Shown here: positions 1 through 12,412 of the stretch, in pieces
Layout of the letters: each line of letters begins with the position of its first letter
How positions within the stretch are numbered: the first letter of the stretch is position 1
Assembly: GCA_964016885.1 (NCBI GenBank)
Contig: OZ024761.1
Span: 31,496,001-31,560,000, forward strand
Source: Eledone cirrhosa
Taxonomy: Eukaryota
Length of the DNA stretch: 64,000 nucleotides
Direction of reading: 5' to 3'
Notes under the pieces: model-generated
The model's input: the letters and a program-made list of their open reading frames with translations, nothing else
The model's database searches: none
What the model was told of the DNA's origin: nothing
Made by a program: the position numbers and the translations under genes

Positions 1-491
1 CCCCCATCTCTCTTTCCCCCATCTCTCTTTCCCCCCCCATCTCTCTTTCCCCCCCATCTCTCTTTCCCCCCATCTCTCTTTCCCCCATCTCTCTTTCCCC
101 ATCTCTCTTCCCCCATCTCTCTTCTCCCCCCTCTCGTCCCTCTGTCTTTCTCCCCTCCCCTCTCAAAACATTCCTATGATTCCCTTTAAACTATCATCAC
201 TCTCCCCCAGTTACACATTAGCACAAACATGCACATAAACACAATGCGTTCCTTTTCTTCTTAATTTTTTCTTTATCCTCTCCTGACCAAAGTGAAATTT
301 ATAGCAGAATTTTATGAGGGAAAATATCCGTGATTCTTTTCTGTCATGGTGTTATTGAACGCTGCTCTTGTTTCTGCGGTTTTATAGCTATATTATACTA
401 TATTATTATATTGTATTTACAGAGATTGCTTTTTTGTGACATTCACATAATAACAAGGCAAATCTATTTTCATTGACTAACAAACAAGTTA

Positions 492-965
492 GACATTTTC
501 TTTTTATTGTACTTTTACCGTAAAGCCAATTCTGTAATCGTTATTAAAAGCACTTTAAGGCCATTTTCAGCACACCGTTACAGCAGGGGTTAGATTTACG
601 GGTCCCATGACATGGTGGTCCTTTCTGGGGCAAGGTTTTATGGCGAGATATAAAGGACATTTTCTTTTCATTGTGCTTTTACCGTAAAGCCAATTCTGTA
701 ATCGTTATTACAAGCACTTTAAGGCCATTTTTCACCACACTGTTATAGCATGGTTTTACGGGTCCCAATGACATAGTGGTCCTTTCTGGGGCAAGATTTT
801 ATAGCTAGATATAAAGGACATTTTCTTTTGATTGTGCTTTTGCTGCAAAGCTAATTCTGTAATCGCTATAACAAGCCCTTTAAAGCCATTTTTCACCACA
901 CCGTTACATCATGAGTCAGGTTCACAGGTCCCATGACATAGCTATCCTTTCTTCTGGGGCAAGAT
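492..965. repeat. Three diverged tandem copies of an ~165-bp unit
   Basis: GACATTTTCTTTT..TTGTGCTTTTACCGTAAAGCCAATTCTGTAATCG..CCTTTCTGGGGCAAG recurs at ~492, ~656 and ~817. Confidence 0.85.
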
Positions 966-1344
966 GTCACAGATAGATATGAAGTCTTTTTTTCTCAAAC
1001 AAGAGCGTGGACATGGAGGGGTGTGAAAATCTTCATTACATATACCAATTTTGTTTGCGTTTTTTTTTTATATAATAGGATCTTTCATCCTTACACGGTC
1101 GATAGAATAAAGTACCAGTCATGTACTGGGGTCCTTATAATCGCTTTCCTTTCGCAACAAATTGCAGGCTTTGTGCCTAGATAAAACATTGTTTGTTGTC
1201 CATATACATATTTTATTTTTTCAAGGAAGACGTTCACTTAAACGCTTAGAGTTCTTAGAGTTTGGTGAAGTGAAAATCGATACCAAATATATTTCATATA
1301 TGTATTATATATATTATTTATTATTGTATTATATTATGTTATAG

Positions 1345-1389
1345 ATATGTGTATGTATATATATATGTGTATGTATGTATGTATGTATG

Positions 1390-1422
<33 letters not shown>

Positions 1423-1655
1423 ATGTATATGTGTGTGTCTTAGTATATATGTGTGCATGTATGTGTGTGTATATATATGTGTGTATATATTATGTATATG
1501 TTGTATATGTCTGCATGTATGTGTGTGTATATATATATATGTGTATGTATATGTTGTATATGTGTGCATGTATGAGTGTATCTATATGTATGTTATATGT
1601 TTGTATTTATATGTATATGTGTATATTTGTGTGTATGTATGTGTGTATATATATG

Positions 1656-1690
<35 letters not shown>

Positions 1691-2394
1691 ACTCTATTTT
1701 AACTGCCTTTCAATATATTCAGTCTGACACCATAAGTATTCATATAAATTGTGTATTTAAACCGTTTGCAGTCATTGTCTATCGTGTTTATAGTTTTTAT
1801 GTGGTGCTATAAAGTCTTAATGTTATTTGTCTTCAGTCCAGGAAAACATCCAGATTTCCCCCCCATATCGACATTAAGAATTATTATAGTCCCTCACCCC
1901 CCTCCTTCAGATCCCCATCGCCGCTTCACAATTTTCTTCATTGAGCCCACTTTTTATGTCTAATGCGATTTATGTGTTGTTTGAACCAGAAGAGGAAGAG
2001 AGAGAGAAAATAAAACAAGCCAAGACCGTATGTATTAGTTACTTAGGCGCCTCCCAGCCTATGTATGAATGTACGTGTGTGTATGTGTGTGTGTGTGTAT
2101 ATATGTGTGAAATGTATGTGTGTGTGTAATGTATGTGTGTGTGTGTGTATATATATGTGTGTGAAATGTATGTGTGTGTGTAATGTATATGTATGTGTGT
2201 ATATATGTGTGTGTAATGTATATGCATGTGTGTATATATATATATATATATGTGTGTGTATATATATATATATGTGTGTGTATATATATATATATATATG
2301 TGTGTGTATATATATATATATGTGTGTGTATATATATATATGTGTGTGTGTATGTGTAATGTATATCTGTGTGTGTCATGTATATGCATGTGTG

Positions 2395-2425
<31 letters not shown>

Positions 2426-2644
2426 AATGTATATGTATGTGTGTATATATATATGTGTGTGTGTGTAATGTATATGTATGTGTGTATATATATATGTGTG
2501 TGTGTAATGTATATGTATGTGTGTATATATATATGTGTGTGTGTAATGTATATGTATGTGTGTATATATATATGTGTGTTTGTGTGTAATGTATGTGTGT
2601 GTATATATATATATATGTGTGTGTGTGTGTAATGTATGTGTGTG

Positions 2645-2675
<31 letters not shown>

Positions 2676-2779
2676 AATGTATATGTATGTGTATCTATAT
2701 ATATATATGTGTGTGTAATGTATATGTATGTGTGTATATATATATATATGTGTGTGTGTGTAATGTATATGTATGTGTG

Positions 2780-2814
<35 letters not shown>

Positions 2815-2824
2815 AATGTATATG

Positions 2825-2871
<47 letters not shown>

Positions 2872-2889
2872 AATGTATATGTATGTGTG

Positions 2890-2920
<31 letters not shown>

Positions 2921-2938
2921 AATGTATATGTATGTGTG

Positions 2939-2971
<33 letters not shown>

Positions 2972-3010
2972 AATGTATATGTATGTGTGTGTATATATAT
3001 ATATGTGTGG

Positions 3011-3070
<60 letters not shown>
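1345..3070. repeat. Compound (TA)n/(TG)n microsatellite fields
   Basis: Dinucleotide-derived tracts at 1345-1687 and 2060-3070; the ORFs here are poly-YI/CV artefacts. Confidence 0.95.
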
Positions 3071-3071
<1 letters not shown>

Positions 3072-3073
<2 letters not shown>

Positions 3074-3373
3074 TAAGTATGTTTTGAAACAGCGACCGAG
3101 TTTGAAAATAGAAATTGAAGCTTTTGCCGTATTTTTGACTAAAGATATTTTAACCTGAAATGGAAAAAGACGAGTTTTGAACCCACATCTTTGGTTATCC
3201 AGACCACTATGCTACCACTACACCAACACATGATCATGATGGATAACCAACGATGTGGGTTCGACTCCCATGTACGTCAATACTCAACTGTTTCCATTTC
3301 TTAGAGGGCTCTGAACCCCACTATCAGGCTAATTTTTTTTCTTCAGTCAAAAATACGGCGAAAGCTTCTATTT
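3072..3373 (-). mobile_element. tRNA-headed short element with inverted partial copy, between TA tracts
   Basis: Minus strand reads TGGTGTAGTGGTAGCATAGTGGTCTGGATAACCAAAGATGTGGGTTCAAAAC (A- and B-box like). An inverted copy starts at 3241 (GGATAACCAACGATGTGGGTTCGACTC), and 3117-3145 pairs with 3340-3368. Confidence 0.55.
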
Positions 3374-3384
3374 ATATATATATG

Positions 3385-3700
3385 TTACCCTCTAAGAAGG
3401 AATATGATGTCAGTTTCACCTTATATCTGGAGTCTAAAAAACAGCCACACCCAATATAAGTTACACTGGGAGATCCTAGCTAGGGTTAGATCGTATAACG
3501 GAAATAAAAAACCATGTGACCTCTGCGCCGCTGAGTCCCTGGAAATACTCTACGCCACAGACCACATCTTAAACAAAAAATCTGAGGCAATTTCGGCTTG
3601 TAAACATAAATTGCACAAAACTTTCCTGTATTACAGCCCCACATTATACCCTAACGATAGTACGATCTATACGCGGATATTTTACGTCTTGATGAGGTAG
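3385..3700 (+). pseudogene. Penelope-like element ORF C-terminus (GIY-YIG endonuclease end with CxxC), 5'-truncated at a TA tract
   Basis: Translation YIWSLKNSHTQYKLHWEILARVRSYNGNKKPCDLCAAESLEILYATDHILNKKSEAISACKHK matches the YIW.LK..W.I..Y....C.LC..E..I..LNK.SE..S.C.H motif typical of aquatic-invertebrate PLEs. Confidence 0.85.
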
Positions 3701-4210
3701 CTAAGTATATGTTATGTTTATACCATTACTTATTTGCATAGGTAAGTATATATTACCTGTATGTTTTGTGAAGGTACGCATACTTTCTCACACGTATATC
3801 TGATTGTATATGTTATGGCGTATATTTTATATATTCTGGTACATATGCTTTTGGTTATACGTGAGTTTGGCGTCTGTGTGAGTATGCGGGTTCGTACGTA
3901 TGTAGGGTGTGTGTTTATGTGTACTTCGTGTTTTGGTTGACGTACATCTCCGAACATTTGTGTATTTACATGTAGGTATGTGCGTGCGCTTGTTATATAC
4001 GTATTTATTTATTTATATACGTTTATTTAATTATTTATATACACGCACACACACACATGTATATGTGCGTGTATTTGTATACCTATGTATGCTTGTGTAT
4101 GTACGTATATGGATGCGTGTATGTATTTATTTAATTTCAATTACCTCTGTATTTTATTTACTTTATTCTTAACTCTGAAGCCGAGAATCATTTGGTCTCC
4201 TAGTTAGAAT

Positions 4211-4630
4211 TTTAGTCTACGACTTCAGTTATACCATTTACGTGGTTTTGTCTTTGCGTGCTATTGTTCTCCCGCTCCACATATGACGTACTATCTTCGT
4301 TTTTTCTGTTCATTACCAGAGAACGTCTCCATAAACTACCTAAGAGAATATTAGTCTACGACTTCTTTTATACCATAAACGTGGTTCTGTCTTTGCGTGT
4401 AATTGTTTTTCACCGCTCCAAATAATGACGTATTATATTCGTTTTTTCCCGTTCTTTGCCAGGGAACGTTTCCACGAACCAAAGTATCGTCTTCCTGTCT
4501 TCCTCTGGTTGCAACGTTTTTTAAAATATTCACTTCTGCGTTCACAGATTGACTTTGTTAGTTTCAGAAGATCCCGTTAAGGGTAAAAGCAGCGATTCTT
4601 TGCTTAAACTTTAATCTGTTATTTTAATAA

Positions 4631-4635
<5 letters not shown>
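4211..4635 (+). mobile_element. pLTR-like element, family A (HHR-bearing), ending at (TA)n
   Basis: Near-identical to 49135-49416, with an internal ~140-bp tandem subrepeat, an HHR-like motif at 4560-4610 (GAAA decayed to AAAA) and AATAAA before the TA run. Confidence 0.75.
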
Positions 4636-4669
<34 letters not shown>

Positions 4670-4674
<5 letters not shown>

Positions 4675-5304
4675 AAAGAGTGAAGAATAACATTGTCAAC
4701 AGTACAAAAAAGGGTTTTATTTACAGTCTTAACGATTGTTTCACTGATTAAGTTGTCTAAAAATTGCTGAACACTTGAAGCTGTGCCACTCAATTTTAAA
4801 TACGTTGTTAGCTTAACCAGATCATCAGAAACACTGTTAAATATGCTCAATTTCTACGAATTCAAATTACATCATTAATAAAGAGAGAGAAAAAAGAAAA
4901 AGGAAAAAAATAATTTCTCTCTCTTTCTTTATTAATGATGTTGTAATTTGAATTCGTAGAAATTGAGTATATTTTAAGTTTTTCTAATGATCTGGTTAAG
5001 CTAACAACGTATTTAAAATTGAGTGGCACAACTTCAAATATTCAGCAATTTTTAAACAACTTAATCAGTGAAACAATTGTTAAGACTGTAAATAAAAGCC
5101 TTTTTTGTACTGTTGACCATGTTATTCTTCACTCTTTCAATATTGTTACTCCAAGATAAACTTACATAGGAATGCAAGAGAACTCATAAACTCGCCACCT
5201 ACTGAAACCTCTTGTCGAGTCAAACAACGCCGTACGCTAAAACTATCCACAATACGAGTATTCACAACCTCTATTTGGATTACCTATAACGATATTTTGT
5301 TATC

Positions 5305-5308
<4 letters not shown>
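4670..5308. mobile_element. Foldback element, family B, in (TA)n
   Basis: Arms ~4670-4892 and ~4914-5143 are reverse complements; unique tail to ~5308; TA tracts on both sides. Confidence 0.85.
4723..4837 (-). ncRNA. Type I hammerhead ribozyme candidate with long stem II
   Basis: ACAGTGTTT-CTGATGA-tCTGGTTAAG..~60 nt..CTTAATCAGt-GAAA-CAATCG-TT^AAGACTGT; stems I and II pair, and the mirror copy has the palindromic CAATTG stem III. Confidence 0.65.
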
Positions 5309-5358
<50 letters not shown>

Positions 5359-5443
5359 TTGTTAAACAATATTCTGTCAAAGAATGAGTTTTACAGTAGA
5401 TTGGAAGCACTCAACGGGAAAATAATTTTCAGGAGTTAATAAT

Positions 5444-5578
5444 TGTTTCTACTTTAGGTACAAGGCCAGCAATTACCCAGTGCATTACTGGTACTTTATT
5501 TTATCGACCCCGTAAGGATGAAAGGCAAAGTCAACCTCGGCGGGATTTGAACTCAGATCGTAAAGGGACGTAACTATG
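5444..5578 (-). mobile_element. tRNA-derived SINE (5'-truncated) inserted in the tail of a foldback element
   Basis: Conserved SINE core; flanking duplication CAGGAGTTA(A/T)TAAT at 5430-5443 and 5579-5592. Confidence 0.9.
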
Positions 5579-5590
5579 CAGGAGTTATTA

Positions 5591-5889
5591 ATATTAAAAT
5601 ATAAGTATTAATAAAATATGTTCTTTTGATCAATTACATTTTATTATACATATTTCGGATGTACGACAGTACGTCCTCATCAGACAAAATATAATGATAC
5701 ATGACATACCCTGAGATATTAAATGGTTAAGATTTAATCACTACCTTGATTAAATCTTAATCATTTAACATCTCAGGGTATGTCATGTATCATTATATTT
5801 TGTCTGATGAAGACGTACTGTCGTACATCCGAAATATGTATAATAAAATGTAATTGATCAAAAGAACATCTATTTTATTAATACTTATA

Positions 5890-5898
<9 letters not shown>
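5591..5898. mobile_element. Foldback element, family C, with an HHR in each arm
   Basis: ~150-bp near-perfect arms around a 6-nt loop (5741-5746); ends at (TA)n. Confidence 0.9.
5637..5691 (-). ncRNA. Type I hammerhead ribozyme candidate
   Basis: TATTTTGT-CTGATGA-GGACGTAC tgtc GTACATCC-GAAA-TATGTA-TA^ATAAAATG; stem II 7/8 bp, stem I 8 bp with G-U pairs; mirror copy at 5796-5850 (+). Confidence 0.8.
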
Positions 5899-5929
<31 letters not shown>

Positions 5930-5930
<1 letters not shown>

Positions 5931-6058
5931 ATATAGTAATAATAATAAATGTGAAGATTAAAATCCAAAGAGGGCTCGATAAGGATAAATATATATCAAA
6001 TATATAAGAACCCTAGAGCAAATATTTATTAAAATAACAGATTAAAACTTTAATTTGT
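5930..6058 (-). mobile_element. Family A 3' terminal fragment between TA tracts
   Basis: Reverse complement of 49390-49505. Confidence 0.75.
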
Positions 6059-6095
<37 letters not shown>

Positions 6096-6283
6096 ATGGG
6101 GGCCACTGAAAAGTTCATAGGCTGACCAAGATACTCTCATGGAATGACCAAATGAGGTATATTTTTCAACATAATCCCTGAAAAGAATCAATTGAATTAT
6201 TCATAAGAGTTGAAATTAATGCATGCAAGATTTCACAGCTCTAGTATCACTCTTTCATAATCAGCCTAATCACTTTCAACCCA

Positions 6284-6289
<6 letters not shown>
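6096..6289. mobile_element. Mariner-type MITE
   Basis: Degenerate TIRs (..CTGAAAAGTTC / ACTTTCAACCCACCCTCG); homologous to 37699-37900. Confidence 0.7.
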
Positions 6290-6346
<57 letters not shown>

Positions 6347-6450
6347 AATCGTAACTTTTGGTGAAGTCGTATGGGTGTCGTAGTGGCTCAACGCTTTGGA
6401 GATTAAGCAGTCGTGGTCACTGAAAAGAAGGTGGTGGTAATACCAATAAT

Positions 6451-6634
6451 TGTTTCTATTTTAGGCGCAAGGCCAGCAATTACCCAGTGCATTACTGGTA
6501 CTTTATTTTATCGACCCCGTAAGGATGAAAGGCAAAGTTAACCTCGGCTGGATTTGAACTCAGATCGTGAAGGGACGTAACTATGCTGGAAAGCATGGCG
6601 TCAGACCCTCTACCGATACTGCCAATTCACCGCC
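6451..6634 (-). mobile_element. Full-length tRNA-derived SINE flanked by a ~90-bp direct duplication
   Basis: Head GGCGGTGAATTGGCAGTATCGGTAGAG, B-box GAGTTCAAATCC, conserved core and AGAAACAATT tail; flanks 6355-6450 and 6635-6723 are duplicated. Confidence 0.9.
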
Positions 6635-6877
6635 CTTTTGGTGAAGTCGTATGGGTGTCGTAGTGGGTCAACGCTTTGGAGGTTAAGCAGTTGTGGTCAC
6701 TGAAAAGAAGGTATACCAATAATAGTTGGTTTTAGTTGTACTTGAGAAGTACATTAAACAAATAGGGATTGTAATACGAAATAACAGGACAAACCCTGAT
6801 GGAGAACCACTTTGGATCACCAGACAAAACAATTTGAAACTCCCGAGTAACAAGACTCACGTAGTCATAATAAATAA

Positions 6878-7135
6878 TTGTTTCTACTTTAGGCAGAAGG
6901 CTAGCAATTATCCCAGTGTATTACTGGTACTTTATTTTATCGACCCCGTAAGGATGAAAGGCAAAGTTAACCTCGGCAAATGTCAATGAGTTTATAAAAC
7001 TTTTCATATTGAGCTCTTGAAAACTGAATGTTTATAGCGAAATCATAGTAGGTAGGGATTTGCCTTTGTTTGGACGACGAGTCAGAATTCTCCACCAATA
7101 TTTTGCTAAAGTTAACCTCGGCGGGATTTGAACTC
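6878..7135 (-). mobile_element. Interrupted SINE copy
   Basis: Core at 6878-6977, then ~130 bp of foreign DNA, then resumes with a duplicated AAAGTTAACCTCGGC at ~7108. Confidence 0.8.
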
Positions 7136-7318
7136 GAATTTTCCTTCCGCATTGAATGCTCGTTCAGACGACAATCAACAACACACATATATGTATGTAT
7201 ATTATATTTCGAATATCTGATATCACCGGATTCATACGGAACCCGGTCATTGAGATGATCATGGTATAATAAACTTTTCAAGGATTTACACCAGTCCAAC
7301 CTCCTGTTATTTTATTTG

Positions 7319-7358
<40 letters not shown>

Positions 7359-7414
7359 ATATGTGTATATATTTGTGTAAATATAGGTAAATATCTATAT
7401 ATATATATATATAT

Positions 7415-7640
7415 ATATACAGTATTTTCCGTAGTGTTGTAATATAAATATTACACACAGTAGATGGACAGCTCACGTAGAGTTTGCTCGACGGTTCCAG
7501 TTGTATTTCCAAAAGTAATCCGGAGAAAAATAGAAAGATTTGAATGGATACAGTTTAGTGTTTCTATAACAGTTACGTAACTGTTATAGAAACACGTGTC
7601 AATAAATTCCTTTTAACTAAACTGTATCCATTCAAATCTT

Positions 7641-7642
<2 letters not shown>
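7415..7642. mobile_element. Small foldback island in (TA)n carrying an HHR 3' half
   Basis: Perfect palindrome at 7558-7595, outer arms 7534-7557/7618-7641, and GAAA-CACGTG-TC followed by AATAAA at 7589-7606. Confidence 0.6.
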
Positions 7643-7695
<53 letters not shown>

Positions 7696-8089
7696 GTGTG
7701 TGGTGTAGAGGCACGTGATATAAAATCACGTGATACGACAGTAATCAATTTAAACAGTCATGAAACCTTATAAGGAATGGAAACTAGAAGATTTGTTTGT
7801 TTTTTGTTGTTGTTTTTTTTACAAATCACTTCGTCTATTTTATTTTCGTTTATGTTTCTGTTGTGGCCTCCTTAAAAAGTAAGTCCCCTTCCTAGCCTTC
7901 GCTCCACTACCAGTTCACTTTACCCCATGCTTCTCTCCCCTTTCTACTTCACGTCAAATGAAATCGCCTTAAAGTGACTTAAACCATTTGCTTCTCCCAT
8001 CACTGATCCTCTTCCCTGTCTGTCAAATATGGAGCTGCAGCCATATTTAGTTGTCTGTAACAGTTGAAGGTGTAATATCGACATTTTTT

Positions 8090-9275
8090 AATGTTGTGGA
8101 TTGTTGCTCTAGTTTTTGTTGATGTTGCTGGTGGTGATGTTGGTTGTGGTGTTGATGTTGGTGGTGATGGTTGTGGTGTTGGTGGTGAGGATGTTGGTTG
8201 TGGTGTTGGTGTTGGTGGTGATGTTGGTGTTGGTGGTGGTGATGCTGGTTGTGGTGTTGGTGTTGGTGGTGATGTTGGTTGTGGTGTTGGTGGTGGTGTT
8301 GGTGGTGTTGGTGTTGGTGTTGGTGTTGGTGTTGGTTGTGGTGTTGGTGGTGGTGATGTTGGTTGTGGTGTTGGTGATGGTTGTGGTGTTGGTGTTGGTT
8401 GTGGTGTTGGTGGTGATGATGTTGGTTGTGGTGATGGTGTTGGTTGTGGTGTTGGTGGTGGTGATGCTGGTTGTGGTGTTGGTGTTGGTGTTGGTTGTGG
8501 TGTTGGTGTTGGTGGTGGTGATGTTGGTGGTGGTGTTGGTGGTGGTGGTGGTGGTGGTGTTGGTGTTGTTGGTGTTGGTTTTTATTATTGTTGTTTTTGT
8601 TGCTGTCATTGTCGGTTATTGTTGTTGTTGCTGTTTTTCTTGTTGTTGTTGTTGCTGTTTTTGTTGTTGTTATTGTTGCTGTTTTGTTGCCGTTTTTCTT
8701 GCTGTTTTTGTTGGTGTTATTGTTGCTGTTTTTGTTGTTGTTATTGTTGCTGTTGTTGTTGTTGTTGTTGCTGTTTTGTTGCTGTTATTGATGCCGTTAT
8801 TGATGCTGTTATTATTGCTGTTGTTGTTGCTGTTTTTGTTGCTGTTGTTTTTGTTGCTGTTGTTTTTGTTGCTGTTTTTGTTGCTGTTTTTCTTGCTGTT
8901 TTTGTTGGTGTTATTGATGCTGTTTTTGTTGTTGTTGCTGTTTTTGTTGCTGCTGTTATTGTTGTTATTGTTGCTGTTGTTGTTGCTGTTGTTGTTATTG
9001 ATGTTAACATTAATGTTGTTGCTAACGTTAATGCTGGTGTTTGCTTTTTGAATTGTTTTTGTTGATATATTTTATATTATTGATCTTGTTCTTGATGTTA
9101 TTGCTGTCGGCGTTGATATTTATGTAGCAGTTTATTGCTATTGCTGCAATAGTTGTTGTTGTAGTTGCTGTTGTAGTTGTTGTAGATGTTGTTGTAGATG
9201 TTGTTGTAGTTGCTGTTGTGGTTGTTGTAGTGGATGTAGTAGTAGTTGTTGTTGTAGTTGTTGTAGTGGTTGTTA
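8090..9275. repeat. (GGT/GTT)n trinucleotide low-complexity field
   Basis: Degenerate triplet repeats, open in multiple frames on both strands. Confidence 0.9.
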
Positions 9276-10191
9276 GCTGTGTGATAATCCTATGTAGGTG
9301 ATATACTTACAGTTCTTTAGTTGTGATGTGATTTCACAGATCGATCACATTAGATTTGATCTCTACTGGTTTTTCACTCACTATTTTTCCCTGTCTTACT
9401 TTATTTACAAGATATAAAATTATATTAAATCATACTTAGGCAATTATTGATTTTTCTCCTGCCCCTTCTTCTCCTCTCCTTCCTCCTATTTTTTTTCTTC
9501 TTTTTCTTTTTCCTTTTTCCTCTTTTCTTTTTCTTTTTTCTTTTTTTCCTTTTCCTTCTTTTTCTTCCTCTCCTCCCTCTTCTCCTGTTCCATCTTCTCC
9601 TCTTCCTTCTTCTCCTGTTCCTTCTTATTTTCCTTCTTCTCCTGTTCCTTCTTCTTTTCCTTCTTCTTCTTTTCCTTCCTCTTCTCTTTTTTCTTCTTCT
9701 CCTTTCTCTTCTTTTTTTCCTACTTTTCCTTTACTTGCTGCTCGCCAATCACGCCTACTACTATCGATCTCTCAGCGACATTAGATATACAAGGACATAC
9801 TCATCGAATCTTGATTTACACTATTTTGCACCACCCACAAATTTAAGGTTTTTCTCTATAAGGGCACATCACATATATAATATATGTACGTATAGACATG
9901 TATATACACATACATAACAAACGTACGTTTGTATATACATACACATATACACATATATACATATATTACATACATATGTGGTCGTACAGACGTACGTATA
10001 TACATGTATACATATATAACATAGTACATTTGTATATACTTTACATACACATACATACATAGACATATGTTACATACGTACGAATGTATATATTTTACAT
10101 ACATACAGGCGTATATTACATATATAACATACGTACATATTTACATACATAAGTACGAACAGCCGTACATGCATACTATATACGCACACAC

Positions 10192-10236
<45 letters not shown>

Positions 10237-10749
10237 TATACACATATATATATACACACATATATATGTATATACACACATACACACACACACACATATA
10301 TATATATATAAATATATATACGCACGTACATACATACGTACGTACATAAATACTTACGTACTACATAAATACATACGTACATAACATACATAGGTACGTA
10401 CATAAATACTTACGTATTTCATAAATACATGCGTACGAACATACATACGTACATACTTACGTACACACGTACGTACATACACACATAGGTACATACTAAC
10501 ATAAATTCATAACACATACATACATTATATACATCTATATATTATATACATCTGTACTTGCACTTACATATTGTTGTGTACGAGTCTTTATTCATCATTT
10601 CCACCATCTTCACTTTAGATTTTCTACATGAAAGTCCATCGCAGGCTTTTAACAGTTACTTACAACACACAACACATAAATATATTTAATGATGGTGTTT
10701 ATAGCTTTAAAAAAGAACAGTCATCGTCTTTTTTTTATTTAACGTCAGA

Positions 10750-12236
10750 GATATCTTCAATTTGGTCAAGCTTGTGTTGGAAGGCTCTTAAATAAAAGGG
10801 ACCTCTGTCGATTCCGACGATGAGCGTTCCAGTTTTAAAAGGTTTCTTTCCAGCCTGCTTGTGATATAATTGTCATGCTTGTGAAATTGAGCTTCGACCT
10901 ACTGAGCATTGTCACAAGGCTCTTAAAGGAAAGGGACCTCCGTCGGTCCCGACGACGAGTGTTCCAGTTTTAAAAGGTTTCTCTCCAGCCTGCTGAGCTT
11001 GCCACAGAAACTTGTAGCCTCAGCGTAACTCTCGTTTTAAAAGGCTCTTAAATGAAAAGGACCTCCGTCGATTCTGACGATGAGCGTTCCAGTTTCAAAA
11101 GGTTTCTTTCCAGCCTGCTGAGCTTGCCACAGAAACGTGGAGCCTAACATATTTCTCAGGGAGATTCAATGTGATAAGGCTGGCTGACTGGCTTTTGTGA
11201 ATTACAGATACAGTCCATCCGACGGTTTTTCAAAATATCTTTTAGCGCTAGAGAAATCTTCAGTTTGGACAAGATTGTGTTGGAAGGCTCTTAAATGAAA
11301 AGGACCTCCGTCGGTTCCGACGATGAGCGTTCCAGTTTCAAAAGGTTTCTTTCCAGCCTGCTGAGTTTGCCATAGAAACGTGGAGCCATAACATATTTTT
11401 CAGGGAGATTCGGGATAAGGCTGACTGACTGGCCCTTGTGAATTACAGGTATAGTGCATCCGACGGTCTTTCAAAATATCTTTTAGCACCAGAGAAATCT
11501 TCAGTTCGGACAAGCTTGTGTTGGAAGGCTCTTAAATGAAAGGGACCTCCGTCGATTTCGACGACGAATCTTCCAGTTTTAAAAGGTTTCTTTCCAGCTT
11601 GCTTGTGATGCTTGTCAAATTAATGAGCTTTGACCTACTGAGCTTGCCACAGATTCTTGAAAATTTAACGTAATTCTCTTGTTGGAAGGCTCTCAAATGA
11701 AAAGGATCTCCGTCGGTTCCGACGACGAGTGTTCTAGTTTTTAGTTGTTTAAACAGCTGAACAGCCTGACTGAAATTAATCAGCTTTGACTGACTGAGCT
11801 TTGTCGCAGAACCTTGGAACTTTAACATAATTCTTAGGGAGATTCAATATGCCACAGCGTGTGAAGATATCTCCGTGTGACAAGGCTGGCCCTTGTGAAT
11901 TACAGGTACAGTCCATCCGACAGTCTTTCAAAAGATTTTTTAGCGCTAGAGAAATCTTCAGTTTGGACAAGATTGTGTTGGAAGGCTCTCAAATGAAAAG
12001 GACCTCCGTCGATTTCGACGACGAGTGTTCCAGTTTCAAAAGGTTTCTTTCCAGCCTGCTGAGTTTGCCACAGAAACGTGGAGCCTTAACATATTTCTCA
12101 GGGAGATTCGGGATAAGGCTGGCTGACTGGCCCTTGTGAATTACAGGTACAGTCCATTCGACAGTCTTTCAAAAGTGTTTTTAGCGCTAGAGATAACTTC
12201 AATTTGGGCAAGCTTGTGTTGGAAGGCTCTTAAATG
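10750..12236. repeat. Degenerate tandem array of ~120-240-bp units containing part of an interspersed repeat
   Basis: GAAGGCTCTTAAATGAAAAGGACCTCCGTCGATTCCGACGATGAGCGTTCCAGTTT recurs at least 7 times; the CTCAGGGAGATTCA segment is shared with 61060-61100. Confidence 0.85.
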
Positions 12237-12412
12237 AGCTTTCGCTACAATTTCTTGCAGCTGTTACGATCACGTTGGATGGCTTCCTCGTTGACTCGTC
12301 TTACCGAACGGGATGTCGTTGACACTGCACGCAGCTACCATTGTTATGTTTTGTGTAGTTTTTCTTCTCTTCTCAATATAGTGGAGAAAACATAAACGAT
12401 GACAGCAAATAC

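Noticed and set aside
8091-9065. Gly/Val/Cys-rich 324-aa ORF resembling a structural protein
   Set aside because: Triplet low-complexity DNA open in several frames on both strands, with no splice or domain evidence
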